A DNA stretch of 64,000 bases from Synergistales bacterium (GTDB lineage: Bacteria; Synergistota; Synergistia; Synergistales; JAFGMB01). Position numbers and translations under genes: made by a program. Below, one piece after another: positions 20,172 through 30,079 of this stretch. Within the stretch, counting starts at the first letter, position 1, and every line of letters starts with the position of its first letter. The DNA is taken from assembly GCA_963666205.1 (NCBI GenBank), contig OY762654.1, positions 2,144,001-2,208,000 of the forward strand, written 5' to 3'. A model generated the notes under the pieces. It saw only the letters and a program-made list of their open reading frames with translations. It had not been told where the DNA came from and made no database searches.

Positions 20172-21242
20172 ATGTGCCTTGACAAACTTGGATTTAATGA
20201 TTTTTCCAGATGCAGCTCAGAATACAGAAATGAGCAACCCTTTGTTCCTGCCCGGATAATTGCAGTAAACAAGGAACAATTTGTGATCAGTAATGGAAAA
20301 AAGGAAATGAAAGGAGAGCTTTCCGGCAGATTCAGGTTCAATGTCGAAAACTCCCTGGATTTTCCAACGGTGGGAGACTGGGTAAATATCCAGATCTGTA
20401 GTGAGGATCTTGCAATAATACAGGAGCTTTTTCCAAGAAAAAGTCTGCTTAAAAGGAAAGTTGCCGGAAAACGAACAGACTACCAGCTTATCGGAGCAAA
20501 TATCGACACGGCTTTTGTAGTCCAGTCTCTTGATGAGAACTACAATCCCCGCCGTCTGGAACGTTACATTGTTGCTGTTAATGAAGGGAATATCACTCCA
20601 GTGGTGCTTTTCAGCAAGAGTGATCTCCTGACCGATCTTCAGATCGAAGAACGAATGGAAGAGATAAGAATCCTGATGCCGGATCTTAAGACCTTGATAT
20701 TCAGTAACCTGAGCGGAGATGGATTGAAAGAGATCAGGGAACTTATGGTTTCAGGCAGGACATATTGTCTGCTGGGTTCCTCCGGAGTTGGAAAGACCTC
20801 TTTGATCAACTGTCTTGTTGGAGAGGACAGATTTGAGACCCGCGAAGTTCGGGATAAGGATCATAAAGGGAAACATACTACGACAAGAAGACAGCTGATA
20901 ATCCTTGCCAGTGGAGCAATGCTTATAGATACCCCGGGGATGAGGGAGTTAGCTTCGATCGGCGGGCAGTATGGAATATGCGGGACGTTTGGGGAGATAT
21001 CTGAATTAGCCCTTGAATGCAGATTCAAGGACTGTACTCATATCACGGAAAAGGGATGTGCTGTTCTGGCTGCGCTGAAAGAAGGCACTCTTTCACGGGA
21101 GCGATACGAAAATTATCTCAAGATCAGAAAGGAATCTGCCCGGAATGAGATGTCATACTATGAAAAGCGCCGAAAGGATAAAGAATTCGGCAAAATGTGC
21201 AAATCGGTTATGAAAGCAAAGGACAAGGGCTCAAACAGATAA
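20172..21242 (+). CDS. rsgA: Ribosome small subunit-dependent GTPase A
   Basis: ANID, SKSD, GSSGVGKTS, GKHTTT, IDTPGMRE and CRFKDCTH..E.GC zinc finger. Confidence 0.93.
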   Translation: MCLDKLGFNDFSRCSSEYRNEQPFVPARIIAVNKEQFVISNGKKEMKGELSGRFRFNVENSLDFPTVGDWVNIQICSEDLAIIQELFPRKSLLKRKVAGKRTDYQLIGANIDTAFVVQSLDENYNPRRLERYIVAVNEGNITPVVLFSKSDLLTDLQIEERMEEIRILMPDLKTLIFSNLSGDGLKEIRELMVSGRTYCLLGSSGVGKTSLINCLVGEDRFETREVRDKDHKGKHTTTRRQLIILASGAMLIDTPGMRELASIGGQYGICGTFGEISELALECRFKDCTHITEKGCAVLAALKEGTLSRERYENYLKIRKESARNEMSYYEKRRKDKEFGKMCKSVMKAKDKGSNR

Positions 21243-21260
21243 TAACAAATAGTATTGTCG

Positions 21261-21866
21261 CTATCCCTTCATCAGGAGAAGGCTTATGGCAGTATAGACA
21301 AGAAGCAGACTTAGAAAGATATTTATATATTTCTTGAGCCTTGGGTTGGTAATGTACCGTTTCAGTGCTGTTCCAAACAGTGCCCAGAGGGAAAGGGTGA
21401 AAAAGGCTGATATTGTGACACCAACTGTCCAGATGAGTACCAGTGAGATATTGCCGGCAATTGAGGCCAGGAACGCGCTGAAGAGGGTTATCCCGTAGAA
21501 CATCAGTTTCGGATTGAGGAACTGGAGCAGTATTCCCCTTCCGAAGCCAAGCCTGGTTACTTCCTTTCCCTCTTCGAAGGAATAGCTGGCCCTGCAGGTC
21601 AGCCAGGCGAGCCAGAGAATGTAAAGACACCCTGCCCACCTTACCCATGATGAAAGGGAGGGTAAAATATTCAGGACTGCAGTAGACATGCTTCCGCAGA
21701 AGAGCATTATTCCGAAAAAACCTGTGAGAATACCTGAGATGAATGGCAGCGTCTTTCCATAACCGAAGACAAGTCCCATGGAAGCACAGGCTATGTTATT
21801 CGGGCCGGGTGTAATGGATGCTACTCCTATAAAGATAATTGCAGATAATATCTCTGGATTCGACAT
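21261..21866 (-). CDS. LysE/RhtB family amino-acid exporter
   Basis: SITPGPNN and QFLNPK motifs; 5-6 TM segments. Confidence 0.9.
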   Translation of the reverse strand: MSNPEILSAIIFIGVASITPGPNNIACASMGLVFGYGKTLPFISGILTGFFGIMLFCGSMSTAVLNILPSLSSWVRWAGCLYILWLAWLTCRASYSFEEGKEVTRLGFGRGILLQFLNPKLMFYGITLFSAFLASIAGNISLVLIWTVGVTISAFFTLSLWALFGTALKRYITNPRLKKYINIFLSLLLVYTAISLLLMKG

Positions 21867-22080
21867 AATAGAATTCTACATCATTTTAACAGCCTAATTC
21901 AATGGACAGGATTCCTTTTTTTCCTGTCGCTAAGGGGTTTCCCCGTACCTTAAATCTCTTTTTGAAATAAAAGTTGACTCTCTTGATACCCCGTACTAAA
22001 CTTGTTCCCGTGTTTATTCTTATACGGGTAATGGTATATAAGGAAACGGTGCAGTTATTTTGAAAGGAGTTGATGCAGTA

Positions 22081-22653
22081 ATGCCTCAGGCCATTGAGAT
22101 TCGGTGGCACGGAAGAGGAGGTCAGGGAGCCAAGTCAGGTTCGGCCATTCTCTCCGAGGTGTTGTTCGAGGCCGGAAAATTCGTCCAGTCATTTCCGGAA
22201 TATGGAGCAGAGCGCCAGGGAGCTCCCATGAAGGCCTACAACAGGGTATCCGATCAGCCTATCCGCAAGCGTTGCGGAGTACAGAACCCTAACGTGGTGG
22301 CCGTAATTGACCCGACCCTTCTCGATGCAGCCCGTCCAACCGAGGGATGCGATGAGGATACGGTCTACCTTATCAATACACCCATGTCGCCAGCGGATAT
22401 CAAGAAAAAACTTTGCCTGTCTGATGCAGTCAAGGTCATAACCATTGATGCGACAAAGATCACCCTGGAGGAGTTTGGTCAGAACCGTCCCAATGCTCCC
22501 ATGCTTGGGACCTTTGCCCAGATATTTACAGAGGTTCCCATCCAGGCATTTGTGGATCACTTCTCACACAAGATGTCTAAATTGCCAGAGAAGATCCTGT
22601 CTGCCAATCTTCGGGCTATCCAGAGGGGTTACGAGGAGGTGCAGATCGGATGA
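22081..22653 (+). CDS. porC: Pyruvate/2-ketoisovalerate:ferredoxin oxidoreductase gamma subunit
   Basis: EIRWHGRGGQGA and FPEYGAERQGAP motifs. Confidence 0.93.
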   Translation: MPQAIEIRWHGRGGQGAKSGSAILSEVLFEAGKFVQSFPEYGAERQGAPMKAYNRVSDQPIRKRCGVQNPNVVAVIDPTLLDAARPTEGCDEDTVYLINTPMSPADIKKKLCLSDAVKVITIDATKITLEEFGQNRPNAPMLGTFAQIFTEVPIQAFVDHFSHKMSKLPEKILSANLRAIQRGYEEVQIG

Positions 22654-22976
22654 GCGACTGCAGGAACTGGAAAGAAATGAAAGATGTGGGCAAGCCGAAA
22701 AAATGGCAGGATGTTCCCATGGGGGGCATCGCCTACGGAGCTTCAGCCGAGAATGTGGAGACAGGCCAGTGGAGAAGCATTCGTCCCGTATGGAATGAAG
22801 AGGAGTGCATTTCATGCATGCTCTGCTGGGTACAGTGCCCGGACCGTTCCATCACTACCGATGAGAACGGTAAGGTTACGGGTATCGACTACTTCTACTG
22901 CAAGGGCTGCGGTATATGTGCACACGTATGCCCCAAAAAGGCGATAGAGATGCGGCCAGAGGCCGACTTCGCGTAG
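22650..22976 (+). CDS. porD: Oxidoreductase delta subunit (2x[4Fe-4S])
   Basis: TGQWRSIRP, CISCMLCWVQCPD, CKGCGICAHVCP. Confidence 0.93.
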   Translation: MSDCRNWKEMKDVGKPKKWQDVPMGGIAYGASAENVETGQWRSIRPVWNEEECISCMLCWVQCPDRSITTDENGKVTGIDYFYCKGCGICAHVCPKKAIEMRPEADFA

Positions 22977-22992
22977 AAGGGAGCAAAAGAAG

Positions 22993-24159
22993 ATGCCACG
23001 TAAAGAAATTACATCAGGAAACTGGGCTTTTGCCGAGGCAATGCGCCAGATCAATCCGGACGTTGTTGCAGCATATCCCATAACTCCTTCGACAGATATA
23101 ATAATGAAGTTTGCCGAATTTGTGGCCAACGGTAAAGTTGAGACCAACTTTGTAACCGTAGAGAGTGAACACTCTGCCATCACTGCCTGTGTAACAGCTT
23201 CAGCCGCCGGTGCCCGAGTAATGACCGCATCCAGTGCGAATGGAGTAGCCCTTATGCACGAGATATTCCCCATCGCAGGCTGTTTCAGGACCCCCATCGT
23301 TTTCGGTCTTGTCAACAGGAGTGTGGGTGCTCCGATAAACATTCACTGTGACCACAGCGACAGCATGGGCCAGCGCGATCTGGGATGGATCCACCTTTAC
23401 TGCGAAGATGCCCAGGAAGCCTATGATTCCGCCATTATGGCAGTCAGACTGAGCGAGAACAATGATGTCCTTACACCTGTATTTGTCTGCCAGGATGGTT
23501 TCATCACCAGCCATGGTTTTGAACCCGTTGAATACCTTGATGATGATACAGTCAGAAATTTTGTAGGCGAAAGGGAGCCCCTCAATTCGCTCCTTGACGT
23601 TGATAATCCTGTATCTTATGGATCCTTCGCCATGTCTGAGTATTATTTTGAGATCAAACGCCAGCAGATCGAAGCCAATAAAAAGGCTCTCGAACTCTAC
23701 GATGGAATAGCAAGGGAATATGAGGCAATATCGGGCCGTTATTATCCCATGATCGACTGCTACAAGACGGAGGATGCAGACCATGTGATCGTCATAATGT
23801 CTTCAGCATCCGGAGCCGTCAAGGATGTAGTGGATGAAATGCGCGATAAAGGTCACAAGGTAGGCTGCCTGAGGATCCGCATGTTCCGTCCCTTCCCCAA
23901 AGAGGCAGTAGCAGCTGCACTTAAGGGTAAAAAATCCGTAGCAGTTCTTGACAGATGTCTCAGCTTAGGCGGTACCGCCCCTCTTGTTGCGGAGGTAAGG
24001 AGTGCCCTTTACGCTACAGGCGAAATGATCCCGACCAACAGCTGTATCTACGGCCTTGGCGGAAGAGATTTCTTCCCCCAGTATGCCGAGGACATCTTTA
24101 TGGACCTCATAAATGGCAAGATCTCGCCCGAAGAGCGCTACATCGGCCTTCTCGAATAG
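22993..24159 (+). CDS. porA: Oxidoreductase alpha subunit
   Basis: AAYPITPST, VESEHSA, NIHCDHSD, FRPFP and YGLGGRD motifs. Confidence 0.93.
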   Translation: MPRKEITSGNWAFAEAMRQINPDVVAAYPITPSTDIIMKFAEFVANGKVETNFVTVESEHSAITACVTASAAGARVMTASSANGVALMHEIFPIAGCFRTPIVFGLVNRSVGAPINIHCDHSDSMGQRDLGWIHLYCEDAQEAYDSAIMAVRLSENNDVLTPVFVCQDGFITSHGFEPVEYLDDDTVRNFVGEREPLNSLLDVDNPVSYGSFAMSEYYFEIKRQQIEANKKALELYDGIAREYEAISGRYYPMIDCYKTEDADHVIVIMSSASGAVKDVVDEMRDKGHKVGCLRIRMFRPFPKEAVAAALKGKKSVAVLDRCLSLGGTAPLVAEVRSALYATGEMIPTNSCIYGLGGRDFFPQYAEDIFMDLINGKISPEERYIGLLE

Positions 24160-24172
24160 GGAGGTAATGAAG

Positions 24173-25117
24173 ATGAGTATAAAGATAAAAGATGTTCTGA
24201 ACAAAAAAAGCCCTATGACACAGGGTCATCGCATGTGTCCCGGATGTGGAGCCCCGACGGCAGTCCACCAGGGACTGATGGGAGTGGATTCCCCCCTTGT
24301 GGTGGTAAACGCTACCGGATGCCTTGAGGTTTCTACAACTGTATATCCTTTCAGCGCCTGGCGTGTGCCATGGATCCACACCGCTTTTGAAAATGCCGGT
24401 GCCGGGGTTTCAGGAGTAGAGGCCGCTTACCAGGTATTGAAGAAAAAGGGTAAGATCGATAAGGATATCAAGTTCGTCGCCTTCGGCGGCGACGGGGGGA
24501 CCTATGATATCGGTCTTCAGTCCCTTTCCGGAGCCCTTGAGAGAGGTCATGATTTTACCTACATCTGCTACAACAACCAGGGATATATGAATACCGGAGC
24601 TCAGAGGAGCAGTGCAACCCCAAGGGGAGCAAATGCTACAACTACTCCGGCAGGCAGCGTCATCCCCGGAAAACTTCAGAAACCCAAGGATCTTACGAGC
24701 ATAGCAGCAGCCCATCATATACCCTATGTTGCCCAGACCACCCTCTACAACCACATGGATGTAGCCAACAAGATAAAAAGGGCCATAGAAACACCGGGAC
24801 CAGCCTTTGTTAACATTCTGGTTCCCTGCGTTCTCTTCTGGAGGATCGACCCGGCTCTTCAGGGAGAAATATGCAAAAAAGCAGCAGATACAAGATTCTG
24901 GCCTGTCTATGAAGTTATCGACGGGGAATGGAAGCTTTCCTATAAGCCCAAAAAGCGTGTACCGGTTGAAGAATTCCTGAAACCCCAGGGACGTTATTCC
25001 CATCTTTTCAAGGGAGAGAAATCAAAGGCTCTTCTTGAGCAGGCCCAGGCGGATATCGAGACTGGCTGGCAGTATATTCTTGACCGCTGTGGAGAAACCT
25101 GGGAACCCCAGGATTAG
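24173..25117 (+). CDS. porB: Oxidoreductase beta subunit (TPP-binding)
   Basis: CPGCG, TGCLEV, GGDGGTYDIG...N..YMNTG.QRS motifs. Confidence 0.93.
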   Translation: MSIKIKDVLNKKSPMTQGHRMCPGCGAPTAVHQGLMGVDSPLVVVNATGCLEVSTTVYPFSAWRVPWIHTAFENAGAGVSGVEAAYQVLKKKGKIDKDIKFVAFGGDGGTYDIGLQSLSGALERGHDFTYICYNNQGYMNTGAQRSSATPRGANATTTPAGSVIPGKLQKPKDLTSIAAAHHIPYVAQTTLYNHMDVANKIKRAIETPGPAFVNILVPCVLFWRIDPALQGEICKKAADTRFWPVYEVIDGEWKLSYKPKKRVPVEEFLKPQGRYSHLFKGEKSKALLEQAQADIETGWQYILDRCGETWEPQD

Positions 25118-25147
25118 CTTCCTGTTTTAAAGAATATAAGTACAAAG

Positions 25148-25186
25148 AAGGCCGGACCTCTTATTGGGGACCCGGCCTTTTTTATT
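25148..25186. terminator. Terminator after por operon
   Basis: aaggccgg ... ccggcctt followed by a T tract. Confidence 0.75.
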
Positions 25187-25220
25187 GAAGACATGAAAGG
25201 TCCTGTTTATCTGTCATGAT

Positions 25221-27986
25221 TTATTTTTTTGCAGAAATACTGTAACCCATTCTTTTCATAAGTTTCAGGGCTTCGAAGGTTCCCAGGAATATAGCTCCAG
25301 CGCCAAGAACGTACATGAAGTCCTTTATGGAAGGAGGCGAAAAATAAAGGAATGACCTTACAAAGGGAACATTGGTCCCGAGATATACCATGAAGATGGA
25401 AAAAATAACGGAGCCTACAAGGACCCTGTTGCTGAAGAAATTGCGGCTGAAGATGGTGTTGAGTTCGTAGCGTCTCGAAAATATGTTGACGAACTGACAG
25501 TATGCCACAGTAAGGTATGTAAGAGTGGTCGCCTTTGCGAAATTTATTGTTCCCATGGCATCCGGGGAAAGGGTTATTCCTGTCCTGGACATGAAAAATC
25601 CGAAATTTCCAAAGGCAAGGATGCCGATAAGGGTTCCAAGGAATAACACCTCAAGGGAGCTGGAAAGGTTCATTATATGTGCATTGAGATCACGAGGGGG
25701 CTCATGCATTATTCCTTCAGTCGGTGGATCAAATGTCAGAAATGTAAGGGGCATAACTTCGGCCAGGAGGTCTATGGCAAGTATCTGTATTGCCAGGATA
25801 GGTATTGGCCAATTCCAGAGAGCGACTCCCAGAAGTCCCAGGAGAACGATCACGAGCTCCGCCACGTTGGTCGTCATGGAAGCAATGACTGTCTTTTTCA
25901 GGTTATTGTAGATAGTCCGGCCTTCCCTGACCGCTTCAACCAGAGTGGGGAAACTGTCATCCAGAAGGATGAGCTCTGCTGCTTCTTTGGCAACGTCCGT
26001 TCCTGTCATTCCCATAGCTACTCCTATTGCCGCCCTTTTGAGGGCCGGAGCGTCATTGACCCCGTCTCCGGTGACGGCAACAACTTCTCCCTGGGCCTGA
26101 AGCAGCTTGACTATACGCAGCTTGTCTTCAGGTGCTACCCTGGAGAAAATGACAGAATCTGTTGCTAAAAGTATCTCTGTCAGTTTCGCATCATCCATTT
26201 TCTCCATTTCCGCACCAGTATATACTGGAGGTTCCCCTTCACTGGAGAGGCCTATCTGTTTTCCCACGGCCTGGGCTGTTATGGCATGATCTCCTGTCAT
26301 TATAATTATCCGTATGTGAGCCTCATGACAGCTTGCAACAGCTTCTTTGACACCTTCTTTGGGAGGGTCGATCATACAGACAAGGCCCAGGAAGACTACA
26401 TCCTTCTCTGCTTCTTCCATGGTGTAATCTCTTCCATTTGCTTCAAGGGGACGGAAGGCTATGGCAAGAACCCTAAGCGCTTTTTTCGAATAACTTTCAT
26501 TCAGGTTTCGGATATACTTTTTGTCTTCTTCGGTTATTGGAAGGATCTTTCCATCCCTGTAGATGGATCTGCTGATGGCAAGGACGCTGTCAGTCGCTCC
26601 TTTAAGGGCCAGTTCCCGGCGGTTTTTGAACTGCCGTACGGAACTCATGAGTTTACGTTCTGAATCGAAGGGAAATTCCTTCAGTTCCGGATTTTCTTCG
26701 TCTTCCCGAGGACTCCTGGTCCCCAGCTTTGTGGAAAGGGTTATCAGGGCTGCTTCGGTAGGATCCCCAATGGGGTACCATCCCGGGTGTTCATCGTCTG
26801 CAGGATGGATCTCTGCATTAGATGCCATTGTGGCTGCATCCATCATTATTTCAATCTCATCTATCTGTTCCTGTGTAAGGGATTTTTCATTTTCATCGAG
26901 GATATCACCTTCAGGGGCATAACCTATTCCGGTAATCTTATATTCTTTTCCATCGAACCAGAGGTTTGTGACTGTCATTTCATTTTTGGTAAGGGTTCCC
27001 GTTTTATCCGTGCATATGACGGTGGTTGACCCCAGTGTTTCCACAGAGGGAAGGTTCTTGACCACAGCTTTGCGGTCGGCAAGCCTTTTGCTTGTTGCTG
27101 AAAGGGCTACCGTGACCTGCGCTGGCAGAGCCTGGGGTACTGCCGCTACAGCGACACCAAGGGCATAGACCATGCTCATGAAGAAACTGAATCCCTGCCA
27201 TAGTGCTATTCCAAAAAGAGCTATACTGATCACTATTACAATGCTTGTGAGCCATTTTGCGAGAATTCCAAGTTCCTGCTGAAGAGGTGATCTTACTGCC
27301 GTTGTTTCCGAGGTCATACTTGCTATTTTGCCCATTTCAGTGTGCATGCCGGTTTCCACAACAAGACCGAGGGCTGTTCCTGTTGCTACGGTAGTTCCCA
27401 TATATGCAATGTTTTCCCGATCGGCAAGAACGCATTCTTCAGTAATGATCATGCTTGTTTTTTCCTGGGATGTGGATTCCCCGGTGAGGGAAAACTCGTT
27501 TGTCCTGAAATTGAAAGCTTCCAGTATCCTGGTGTCTGCCGGTATTTTATCCCCGGCTTCCAGCATTATTATGTCTCCGGGAACAAGAAGATCCTGTGAT
27601 ATCTGCTGAAGTTCTCCGTTCACCCTTATCTTGGCAGGAGATTGTATAAGTTTCTGAAGGCTTTCAAGGATCTTTCCGGCTTTATACTCCTGGGTAAATC
27701 CTATAATGGCATTAACGAGAACAATGATAAGCATTACCGTCGCATCACGATAGCTTCCTATGATGAATGAGATAATGCCTGCTGCAATAAGGACCATAAC
27801 CAGAAGGTCCTTGAACTGCATAAGGAAGATCAGCCACTTGGGAAGGGTTATGTCCGTCGTGATCTGGTTTGGCCCGTATGTTTTCCGACGCTTTTCTGCC
27901 TCTTCCCGGGGAAAACCCTTTTCAGTCGAGCCCAGAGATTCCAGTGCATCCTTCGCATGCATCCGATAATATTCTTTATTATCCAT
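25221..27986 (-). CDS. P-type IIA cation (Ca2+)-transporting ATPase
   Basis: LTGES, ICTDKTGTLT, GDPTEAAL, MTGDH and TGDGVNDAPAL motifs. Confidence 0.95.
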   Translation of the reverse strand: MDNKEYYRMHAKDALESLGSTEKGFPREEAEKRRKTYGPNQITTDITLPKWLIFLMQFKDLLVMVLIAAGIISFIIGSYRDATVMLIIVLVNAIIGFTQEYKAGKILESLQKLIQSPAKIRVNGELQQISQDLLVPGDIIMLEAGDKIPADTRILEAFNFRTNEFSLTGESTSQEKTSMIITEECVLADRENIAYMGTTVATGTALGLVVETGMHTEMGKIASMTSETTAVRSPLQQELGILAKWLTSIVIVISIALFGIALWQGFSFFMSMVYALGVAVAAVPQALPAQVTVALSATSKRLADRKAVVKNLPSVETLGSTTVICTDKTGTLTKNEMTVTNLWFDGKEYKITGIGYAPEGDILDENEKSLTQEQIDEIEIMMDAATMASNAEIHPADDEHPGWYPIGDPTEAALITLSTKLGTRSPREDEENPELKEFPFDSERKLMSSVRQFKNRRELALKGATDSVLAISRSIYRDGKILPITEEDKKYIRNLNESYSKKALRVLAIAFRPLEANGRDYTMEEAEKDVVFLGLVCMIDPPKEGVKEAVASCHEAHIRIIIMTGDHAITAQAVGKQIGLSSEGEPPVYTGAEMEKMDDAKLTEILLATDSVIFSRVAPEDKLRIVKLLQAQGEVVAVTGDGVNDAPALKRAAIGVAMGMTGTDVAKEAAELILLDDSFPTLVEAVREGRTIYNNLKKTVIASMTTNVAELVIVLLGLLGVALWNWPIPILAIQILAIDLLAEVMPLTFLTFDPPTEGIMHEPPRDLNAHIMNLSSSLEVLFLGTLIGILAFGNFGFFMSRTGITLSPDAMGTINFAKATTLTYLTVAYCQFVNIFSRRYELNTIFSRNFFSNRVLVGSVIFSIFMVYLGTNVPFVRSFLYFSPPSIKDFMYVLGAGAIFLGTFEALKLMKRMGYSISAKK

Positions 27987-28158
27987 ATCTATCCTCCCGA
28001 GGTTTCTCTAAACCTGCCCGATGGTTAGTCTGGTAAAGCTTTAAAAGTGTTCTTATTCTAACCATAGGTTTTGGACTTATCAAGAAAAGTTTCCTGTATG
28101 TCAGTCAGATGTGCAGGATCGGGAACTGGAGATCGGTGGGGAGTAGAGATAAAAAAAT

Positions 28159-28186
28159 AAGGGACCATCCCCTGGGACAGTCCCTT
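28159..28186 (-). terminator. Intrinsic terminator after rhodanese gene
   Basis: Minus strand aagggactgtccc-ag-gggatggtccctt followed by attttttt. Confidence 0.8.
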
Positions 28187-28192
28187 CAGCAG

Positions 28193-28211
28193 CTTTTCCG
28201 TCCAGGAAAAG
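28193..28211 (-). promoter_or_regulatory. Putative bacterial SECIS hairpin (rhodanese)
   Basis: Minus strand CTTTTCC-TGGAC-GGAAAAG begins 12 nt after the TGA at 28226-28224 and is separate from the terminator. Confidence 0.65.
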
Positions 28212-28217
28212 AAATTA

Positions 28218-28613
28218 TCAGGCTCAGGAAGAGCAGCCAGCCTGGATGGGAAGGTGAGCTTTATTACAGGACATGCCACCCTTAAGAGAGCAGGCATTAA
28301 AGCCAAGTATCCTCATTATTCCAACAAGCTGACCTGCTGTCTGCCCGGAATAGCAGATGGGTATGACTTTGCAGTTTCTGGGTATATCGTCAAGAAATTC
28401 TCCGACCTCTGCCCACGGTATATTTACAGCACCTTCTATATGGCCTTCCTGAAAATCTTCGGGTTTTCTGATGTCGAGGAGAAAAAGATCTTCTCCCTTT
28501 TTTATTTCTTCTTCCAGTTGTTCACATGTTATCAGGTTATTGCAGCCCCTTTTGAGATCTTCAAAGTAACTTTCAACAGCTTTGCCTAACGATGGTTCCA
28601 TTACTGTCTGCAT
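28218..28613 (-). CDS. Rhodanese-like sulfurtransferase, probable selenoprotein with C-terminal C-S-S-U-A
   Basis: LDIR...F..GHIEGAVNIP, active-site ICYSGQTA and SLKGGM. The 3' end reads TGC TCT TCC TGA GCC TGA TAA and is followed by a SECIS-like hairpin. Confidence 0.8.
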
Positions 28614-28681
28614 ATTACTTAACCCCCTCGGTTAACTGGTTTGTCGAAATATAGATAATATTTTCACTTTAGGTATCAAGT

Positions 28682-28700
28682 GATATTGATAATCAATATT
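28682..28700. promoter_or_regulatory. Fur-box-like operator upstream of rhodanese
   Basis: GATATTGATAATCAATATT is a 16/19 match to GATAATGATAATCATTATC; inner ATATTGAT-A-ATCAATAT is a perfect inverted repeat. Confidence 0.7.
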
Positions 28701-28845
28701 TACAATAAAGAGAAGGAAGTGTCAAGGTAAATTTAACAGTATATACACCTGCCCGTATATCTTTCTCTTCAAAGGTCTAGACATAGTCTTTACGGGTATG
28801 GGTATATTGTTTTGGGAAGGATCCAATTCTGAGGGGAAAAAGAAT

Positions 28846-28876
28846 GAGAAGGCCGGGAACGTGAACCGGCCCTCTC
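28846..28876 (-). terminator. Terminator after AlaDH-like gene
   Basis: gagaaggccgg ... ccggccctctc with an A-run on the + side (U-tract on the minus strand). Confidence 0.6.
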
Positions 28877-28963
28877 ATGATCATAAGGCAGATGTAACCC
28901 CAATCGTTTCGGATATCGGAAAAGTAAAGCTGATATCTTTCTTCTGTTTCAAGGGTTCTGATT

Positions 28964-30079
28964 TCAGGAATGGGCTCTGAAATACTCCAGGGTGCTCCTT
29001 GCCAGTGCTCTTTCAAAGGGAAAATCACTTGTCTCTGTAATATTGGAGGGATCCCTTTCAAGGAGTATTCTGAGAAAGGGCATGAGCTGGCTCTCATAGC
29101 GTTTCATGCATCTTTCCGGGTCAAAACCAGGCCATGCATTGCAGCTTATGCATAATCTCCTGTTTGTAGTGTCAACAAAGGGAGGGATCTCGTCATAAAG
29201 GGGGTCATTTTCCTCTATTACATATCTTTCCATTGTTCCGTAAGGAACTCCCTCCAGGGCCTTGACGGAAGGAGGATCAGCTTTTGTATCATAGGGATCC
29301 GCGGTAATGTCCAGTATTATAGAATGTCTGGGGAGGTATCCTAGCATGGTGTTCTGCAGGATTATTTCCGAGCCATCCCTTCTTCCTGTCGCATCCACAA
29401 GGATATCCGTCATTGTGAGTAGCGTAGCCATCCTCTTTTTATCCCTTACAACAGCTCTTGGTAGTGCCGTTATGAGCATTCCCGGTAAACCCTTTTCCAG
29501 GAATTCCGCGTCACTGAATTTCTGAAATGCCCTTATGGCTGTCTGTCCTACCGGTCCGCAGCCGATAAGGGATACCCTGAGAAGTTCCCTTGATGGCGAG
29601 TAAAAATGAGGATGCCTTTTTTTCAGTTCATCCATGGCCACTTTTACCGCGGAAAAGGATGTTCCTTTAAAGAACACAAAGAGTCTGTTACCTTCGTCAT
29701 CCCTGAGTCCATCCATGGAGTATGTCTTTATTCCTGTTTCTTCTATAACCCTGTTACGGACAGGTCTGGTCTCGTAGTGAAGCATGGAAAAGAGAGTGGA
29801 TCCTTTTCTCATTCTTCTTATAACATCTTCCTCTGGAGTCCGTATTACGATGACAGTGTCCTTCTGGTAAAGTTCTTCCAATGAATCAAGGAAGACAAGT
29901 TCGGGATTACGGGCCAGGTAATCATCTTCAGTGTAACCCATACCGCTGCCGTATCCTCTTTCCACAAAGACCTTCACATCGGACATACGTCCGATCTTTC
30001 CAAAAAGGGTAGGCAGGAAATCCCTTTTTTCGGCTTCTTCTTTATGCATTCTGGGAAAAGCGAGGGAACGAATTCTCAC
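28964..30079 (-). CDS. Alanine dehydrogenase/PNT-superfamily NAD(P)-dependent oxidoreductase
   Basis: KE..EKR, VERGYGSGMG..DDY, SMLHY, IGCGPVG dinucleotide fold, IILDIT.D. Confidence 0.75.
   Translation of the reverse strand: MRIRSLAFPRMHKEEAEKRDFLPTLFGKIGRMSDVKVFVERGYGSGMGYTEDDYLARNPELVFLDSLEELYQKDTVIVIRTPEEDVIRRMRKGSTLFSMLHYETRPVRNRVIEETGIKTYSMDGLRDDEGNRLFVFFKGTSFSAVKVAMDELKKRHPHFYSPSRELLRVSLIGCGPVGQTAIRAFQKFSDAEFLEKGLPGMLITALPRAVVRDKKRMATLLTMTDILVDATGRRDGSEIILQNTMLGYLPRHSIILDITADPYDTKADPPSVKALEGVPYGTMERYVIEENDPLYDEIPPFVDTTNRRLCISCNAWPGFDPERCMKRYESQLMPFLRILLERDPSNITETSDFPFERALARSTLEYFRAHS

Noticed and set aside
27990-28150. Possible yybP-ykoY riboswitch upstream of the P-type ATPase (GGGGAGTAG seen at ~28138)
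   Set aside because: The motif is on the strand opposite to the ATPase and other conserved elements were not found.
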